Below, one piece after another: positions 59,275 to 64,000 of a stretch of DNA of 64,000 nt (positions are counted from its first letter, which is position 1; every line of letters starts with the position of its first letter). The notes under the pieces are model-generated. The model ran no database searches. It saw only the letters and a list, made by a program, of their open reading frames with translations, and was not told the DNA's origin. This stretch comes from Clostridia bacterium (GTDB lineage Bacteria; Bacillota; Clostridia; Oscillospirales; CAG-382). The stretch spans positions 10,326 to 74,325 of the forward strand of contig JAGAKP010000014.1 of assembly GCA_017625615.1 (NCBI GenBank). The letters are read 5' to 3'. The translations under genes were made by a program, and so were the position numbers.

Positions 59275-61272
59275 ATGAACACGGCAGAAACCCACACAGG
59301 TCCGGAGTGGCTCGATAAGGCTAAAAAGCTTTATAAAAAGTGTGTAAATTCCATTTGGTTCAAGATAATTAAATATCTTTATCATTTTATTGCGGTGCCC
59401 TGCCTTATAAATCTGTGCATAAACAGCTTTTTCCTCGGTACCACCACTATTTCAGACACCCGATTCGTATCCGGATATTTGTTTTCCTATATCCTTATGA
59501 TACTGTTCAACGCACTGCTCACCGCCATAACCACAAGCTCCGTTGCCACCAACGCAACCCTTTCCGTTGTGGCGCTGGTCTTTTCCGCGGCGCAGTACGT
59601 TAAGATACAAATGTCCGATAACCCCGTGTATTTTTCGGATATAAACTTCTTCCGCAGCGCGGGCACGCTGAACGATCTTGTTGCAGAGGTATCTATCTTC
59701 GATATGCTCGGCAAGATATCCGACGTCCTTGTGGAATACGGAATTTACTTTGCGCTTATTATCATCGGCGGCATACTGCTCCGCTTCCGTCTTAAGTATA
59801 AATGGGGCGGCATTGCGGTGGGCGCAAGCGTTCTGGCGATCCTTATACTGCTTATTGCGCCCATTCAGTCCATCAACACCTTTACTCTCAATACCTTCTA
59901 TAAGTATGACGAGCGTGATTCCGATTATCCCACCACCAGCCTTAAGTATTATATCCGCTACGGTGTAATTTCGGGTATGTACGGACAAGCAGTGGAAAGC
60001 CGTATTTTTGCGCCCGAGGGATACGATAAGGAATATCTTGACAAGGTCCTTGCAGACGCAGTTGAGGAAGCAAAGGACGAGTACGAGGGAATATGGGGCG
60101 ACTGTAATATTATTATGGTATTCTCCGAATCCTTCTGGGATATAGACCAGCTTGGCGAGTTTGAGTTTTCCACCCCTACGGGCACCGAGCTTACCGAAAA
60201 TTACGAGCGTCTTGCAAAAGAAGGCCACGTATTCAAGATGATATCCCCCGTTTTCGGCGGACTGAGCGCAAATGCGGAGTTTGAGGTGTTTACAGGCAGT
60301 AACCTTGCGGTTTACTCCCCCGGATTCGTTCCTTACACCCAGATCTATGACAACGAGGATTACGAGGGAACGCCTAACTTTTTCGATATTCTCCACACGG
60401 GAAGCTATTATAACAAGATAATTACCGCGTGGGAGGATTCACTCTTTGACCGCACCAAGGTCTACCCCTTCTACGGCATTGACGATACCGATTTCCGCCA
60501 CGAGCTTAAGGGTGTACGCAAGCTGGCGGGCAGACCCTCTGACGATTATCTGGCGGATCAGGTTATAAAGTTTATCGAGGGCGACGAGTGGGCGGAAAAG
60601 GACAACTACTTCGTGATGATAAACACCGCACAGCTTCACGGATCTTATTACAACGGCAAGTATATTGATAAGGACAGCAACGGCAACGTTATACGCAATA
60701 ATTACACCGTTGACGTTACCAAGACACCCGAAGGCTATTCCGCATATATGAAAGGCTCTATCCGTTGCTATGCGCAGGGACTTTACGATGCGGACAGACA
60801 GCTGGGCAAGCTGTACGATTATATTCAGAAGCAGGACGAAAAAACCATTATTATCTTCTACGGCGACCATCTGCCTAACCTTAAGTCCATTACCATGCTT
60901 GAGGGCGCGGAGGATTACGAGCGTATTGCTAATCTCCCCTATTTCAATACCGACAGCGACCTGCTTAACGTATACCGCAAGTATGATACCGAATGTCTTA
61001 TAGTGGGCAACTTCGATATGGGTGAGCAGGACGTTGAGTGGCTTAACTACGATCTGCTTATGGCGTACGTTATGCACCGTATGGACGTGGAGACCGACGC
61101 ATACTACGATTTCCTCTATACCCAGCGTAAGGATTTCCCCGCCGCAAACGATTATATCGCCGCTGATGCAGATGGCAATATTTATTCTATGTTTGAGCTT
61201 CCCGAGGAATTGCAAAAGCAGTACCTTTTGAGAAAGCAGATAAACTACAGGTATTTCCATGATAATAACTGA
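59275..61272 (+). CDS. LTA synthase / sulfatase-family membrane protein
   Basis: N-terminal TMs, NIIMVFSESF, SPVFGGLSANAEFE, TAQLHGSY, FYGDHLP; start ATG 59275 with GAGG SD. Confidence 0.88.
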   Translation: MNTAETHTGPEWLDKAKKLYKKCVNSIWFKIIKYLYHFIAVPCLINLCINSFFLGTTTISDTRFVSGYLFSYILMILFNALLTAITTSSVATNATLSVVALVFSAAQYVKIQMSDNPVYFSDINFFRSAGTLNDLVAEVSIFDMLGKISDVLVEYGIYFALIIIGGILLRFRLKYKWGGIAVGASVLAILILLIAPIQSINTFTLNTFYKYDERDSDYPTTSLKYYIRYGVISGMYGQAVESRIFAPEGYDKEYLDKVLADAVEEAKDEYEGIWGDCNIIMVFSESFWDIDQLGEFEFSTPTGTELTENYERLAKEGHVFKMISPVFGGLSANAEFEVFTGSNLAVYSPGFVPYTQIYDNEDYEGTPNFFDILHTGSYYNKIITAWEDSLFDRTKVYPFYGIDDTDFRHELKGVRKLAGRPSDDYLADQVIKFIEGDEWAEKDNYFVMINTAQLHGSYYNGKYIDKDSNGNVIRNNYTVDVTKTPEGYSAYMKGSIRCYAQGLYDADRQLGKLYDYIQKQDEKTIIIFYGDHLPNLKSITMLEGAEDYERIANLPYFNTDSDLLNVYRKYDTECLIVGNFDMGEQDVEWLNYDLLMAYVMHRMDVETDAYYDFLYTQRKDFPAANDYIAADADGNIYSMFELPEELQKQYLLRKQINYRYFHDNN

Positions 61273-61873
61273 AAAATACGATAATTTTATATGGGATTTC
61301 GACGGCACCCTCTTCGACAGCTACCCACACACCGCGGCGGCACTGACTCAAGCTTTAAAGGACAGAGGCAGAGATATCGACGTAAACGAGGCAGAAAAGC
61401 TCCTTCGTATAACCGTAGGCACGGCAACCCGCCATTACGGTCTTACCGAAGAGGAATACAAAGCCTTTTACGCTTACGAGCTGACCGACGATTTTGAGCC
61501 GGTGATAAAGATTTACGACGGTGTGAAGGAAGCCTTTGACCGTATTCTTGCAAGAGGCGGCAAGCATTTTCTCTTTACCCACAGAGATAAAAAGGCGTTG
61601 GAGCTTTTAGGAAAACACGGGATGCTGGGACTTTTTACCGAGGTAATTACCGTGGAAAACGGGTTTCCCTTCAAGCCCGCTCCCGATGCCATTGAATATC
61701 TCATAAAAGAGCATTCGCTGGATAAGGATAAAACCGTTATGATCGGCGACAGAGAAATAGATATCGGAAGCGGTATAAACGCAGGAGTGCATACTCTGTT
61801 TTTCGATGAGTTTTGCGCTTCCCCCAAAACACAGGCGGACGAGATCTATACGAGCTTTGAACAAATAGGATAA
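61259..61873 (+). CDS. HAD-IA hydrolase (phosphoglycolate phosphatase-like)
   Basis: WDFDGTLFDSY, KPAPD, MIGDREID. Confidence 0.92.
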   Translation: MIITEKYDNFIWDFDGTLFDSYPHTAAALTQALKDRGRDIDVNEAEKLLRITVGTATRHYGLTEEEYKAFYAYELTDDFEPVIKIYDGVKEAFDRILARGGKHFLFTHRDKKALELLGKHGMLGLFTEVITVENGFPFKPAPDAIEYLIKEHSLDKDKTVMIGDREIDIGSGINAGVHTLFFDEFCASPKTQADEIYTSFEQIG

Positions 61874-61879
61874 ATGATC

Positions 61880-61916
61880 CCCCGCAAAGCCTGCGGTTTT
61901 GCGGGGACCCCGATAA
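61880..61916 (+). repeat. CCCC-hairpin-ACCCCGATAA element, copy B
   Basis: CCCCGCAAAGCC-TGC-GGTTTTGCGGGG-ACCCCGATAA. Confidence 0.65.
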
Positions 61917-61945
61917 AAAGCTCCCGATTTTTCGGGAGCTTTTTG
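61915..61945. terminator. Bidirectional terminator
   Basis: AAAAAGCTCCCGA/TCGGGAGCTTTTT. Confidence 0.85.
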
Positions 61946-61954
61946 TATTATAAA

Positions 61955-62881
61955 TCAGTCGGACAGCCGCAAATCACACGCGGTTTCAAACGTTTGCTCG
62001 GAATTTTTCAAGGTCAAATCAAGGTTAAGTGCAAGTTGGATTTTGCCTTCCGAATATACCAGTCTACGCGTTCTTATATTATAGTCAACAAGCTCGAATT
62101 CTTCTGAAATATACTCATTCAAAAAGATTTCCACGGCTTCGATTACGTTTTCTTCCTCAAAATTGACACCTTGCCAATTAACGTTATATTCCATAAACTC
62201 GAAATAGGTTATATTTCCGTTTTCATCAAACATTATATTTATAGTATCTGCAGTGGCAATCGGACCGCAATATTCGGTATACGTTATTCTATATCCACGA
62301 ACGGTTTCATCATACGGCACATCGAATTCACAATTATTTTCCGGCGTGTAAAAGCCTTCTTTTTCTTCCATCCAAGTGCCATGTCCTTTACTAATGAGAA
62401 CAGTCGTTGTAAAACTGTAATTATAGTTACTTAATATGTTGGTATCAAAATATAACGACATATATTCTTTTGCGTAAGATACAAGCGCTTGCTCTGATAT
62501 TTCATCACCCTCAAAATAAGATAAAACAGCTTTTTTCGAGAAGCGATCAGGTATATAAATATTAAACGAAGGATGCTCGGAATATAATACGTAATTCATA
62601 TTTCCGTCCTTGCTGCAATAAACCTGTTGTTGAGAGCGAGACGTATAGCTTTTCACCGACGTCAGATCAGCAACTATCTCTTTGTTGCCGAGTTTAATTT
62701 TTGATTCAACTGGTGGATCCATAATCGTTTCCTGACCGTCGTCAACAGGAACATACGGCGCAGTATCTTTTAAATACCGCGAATCAATAAAAGTGCGAAC
62801 ATCAAGGCTATTATTTTGCTCGACAGAACACGAAGCAAATATCAAAACACAGATAATTATAATAAAAGCATTTCGTTTCAT
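61955..62881 (-). CDS. Hypothetical AT-rich lipoprotein
   Basis: Lipobox FASC; SD AAGGAG; no recognised domain. Confidence 0.7.
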   Translation of the reverse strand: MKRNAFIIIICVLIFASCSVEQNNSLDVRTFIDSRYLKDTAPYVPVDDGQETIMDPPVESKIKLGNKEIVADLTSVKSYTSRSQQQVYCSKDGNMNYVLYSEHPSFNIYIPDRFSKKAVLSYFEGDEISEQALVSYAKEYMSLYFDTNILSNYNYSFTTTVLISKGHGTWMEEKEGFYTPENNCEFDVPYDETVRGYRITYTEYCGPIATADTINIMFDENGNITYFEFMEYNVNWQGVNFEEENVIEAVEIFLNEYISEEFELVDYNIRTRRLVYSEGKIQLALNLDLTLKNSEQTFETACDLRLSD

Positions 62882-62973
62882 ACCATATACTCCTTGTATT
62901 TATTTTAAAGAAATATCTTCCCTCAAATAAAGGATATCATATTTACCCGCGTGTTGTCAACATAAAAAATATT

Positions 62974-63000
62974 AAAACGCCCGAAAACTTCGGGCGTTTT
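62974..63000 (-). terminator. Terminator of glnS
   Basis: AAAACGCCCGAA/TTCGGGCGTTTT. Confidence 0.8.
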
Positions 63001-63005
63001 TGATG

Positions 63006-64000
63006 TTAGAAGGGTTTGGAATCCTTCAATACTACTATTCTGTTAAAGGTATTTTCGTGCTTTGTATCCTTGCAGAAATAGCCGGTGCGGACGAACTGGA
63101 AGCGGTCGCCGTCTTTGGCATCTGCCAAGGAAGGCTCGAGATACGCTTTTATATGCTTTACGGATTCGGGATTAAGGTAGTTATCGTACTCGGAGGAGGG
63201 TACCTTGGTCATATCCGCTTCGGTAAACAGCTTATCGTAGAGAGCAACGTCCGCTTCGATAGCGTCGGATGCGGAAAGCCAATGGATAGTACCCTTTATT
63301 TTTCTGCCGTCGGCAGGCATACCGCAGCCCGTTTCAAGGTCGGCAGTACAAAGCACCTCGGTAATAACGCCGTTTTCGTCGGTAAGGATATCCTCGCACT
63401 TGACGATATATCCGCCCATAAGACGGGCCTCGCCGCCCTTCTTCATACGGAAGTACTTGGGAGGAGGATCGAGAGAAACGTCATCGCGGTCGATATAAAG
63501 ATGCTTTGTAAAGGGAACGTCACGTCTGCCCGCTTCGGGATCGGAGGGGTTGTTGGGCAGAGAGAAGTATTCCTTCTTGTCTTCGGGATAATTGGTAACG
63601 GTGACCTTGACGGGGTCAAGCACCGCAACGCGGCGGAGAGCAGTCTTGTTAAGCTCTTCTCTTATGCAATGCTCAAGCAGATCGTAATCCACGATGCTGT
63701 AGGCGCGGGAAACGCCTGCGCGGGAAACGAAATCTATTAAAGCGGAGGGAGTATATCCTCTTCTGCGGAGACCGCAAAGGGTGGGCAGACGGGGATCGTC
63801 CCAACCGTCGGCAATGCCGTTTTCAACCAGCGCGCGGAGATAACGCTTGCTCATTACGGTGTGGGTTACGTTGAGGCGCGCAAATTCGTACTGATGAGGC
63901 TTGTGCTCAAAATCTATATTATCCACAACCCAATCGTAAAGGGGACGGTTGTTGGTAAACTCGATAGAGCACATGGAATGGGTTATACCCTCCATAGCGT
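63006..64000 (-). CDS. glnS: Glutamine--tRNA ligase, 3' part (5' end outside the window)
   Basis: GITHSMCSIEF, QYEFARLN..MSKR, GWDDPRLPTL, KGTIHW, FQFVRTGYF. Confidence 0.96.
   Translation of the reverse strand, partial: AMEGITHSMCSIEFTNNRPLYDWVVDNIDFEHKPHQYEFARLNVTHTVMSKRYLRALVENGIADGWDDPRLPTLCGLRRRGYTPSALIDFVSRAGVSRAYSIVDYDLLEHCIREELNKTALRRVAVLDPVKVTVTNYPEDKKEYFSLPNNPSDPEAGRRDVPFTKHLYIDRDDVSLDPPPKYFRMKKGGEARLMGGYIVKCEDILTDENGVITEVLCTADLETGCGMPADGRKIKGTIHWLSASDAIEADVALYDKLFTEADMTKVPSSEYDNYLNPESVKHIKAYLEPSLADAKDGDRFQFVRTGYFCKDTKHENTFNRIVVLKDSKPF

Noticed and set aside
63006-64000. GlnRS in a Firmicute as an anomaly
   Set aside because: Many Clostridia encode glnS, so it is not unusual.

Overview
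64 kb of chromosome from a Clostridia-class Firmicute with moderate GC (probably an uncultured gut/rumen Oscillospirales-like lineage; taxonomy inferred from gene content only). The core is the complete S10-spc-alpha ribosomal protein superoperon (rpsJ..rplQ, 21.5-36.8 kb, minus strand, with its conserved leader and sigma-A promoter). Other housekeeping loci are rpsB-tsf, an alaS-hit-PRTase-comEC-holA-rnmV-mtaB operon, dapA-dapB-aconitase-icd, gdhA, pgm, abrB and a partial glnS. Accessory envelope and sensing genes lie between these: two ECF sigma/anti-sigma loci (one using tandem beta-propeller proteins), BlaI/BlaR1-type regulators, a YdjG/YdjH-like pair, an M23 peptidase and a secreted ADP-ribosylglycohydrolase-family lipoprotein. 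I found no tRNA, rRNA, CRISPR array, prophage or transposase. The points most worth following up are the ECF/beta-propeller three-gene module, the extracellular ARH-PKD lipoprotein, a CTG start codon on infA, insertions in L22 and L4, a degenerate PurM/PurL-like orphan, and three small intergenic element types (GTAG REP, a CCCC-hairpin-ACCCCGATAA element, and a MITE-like palindrome). All family assignments come from motif recognition by eye, not database searches.
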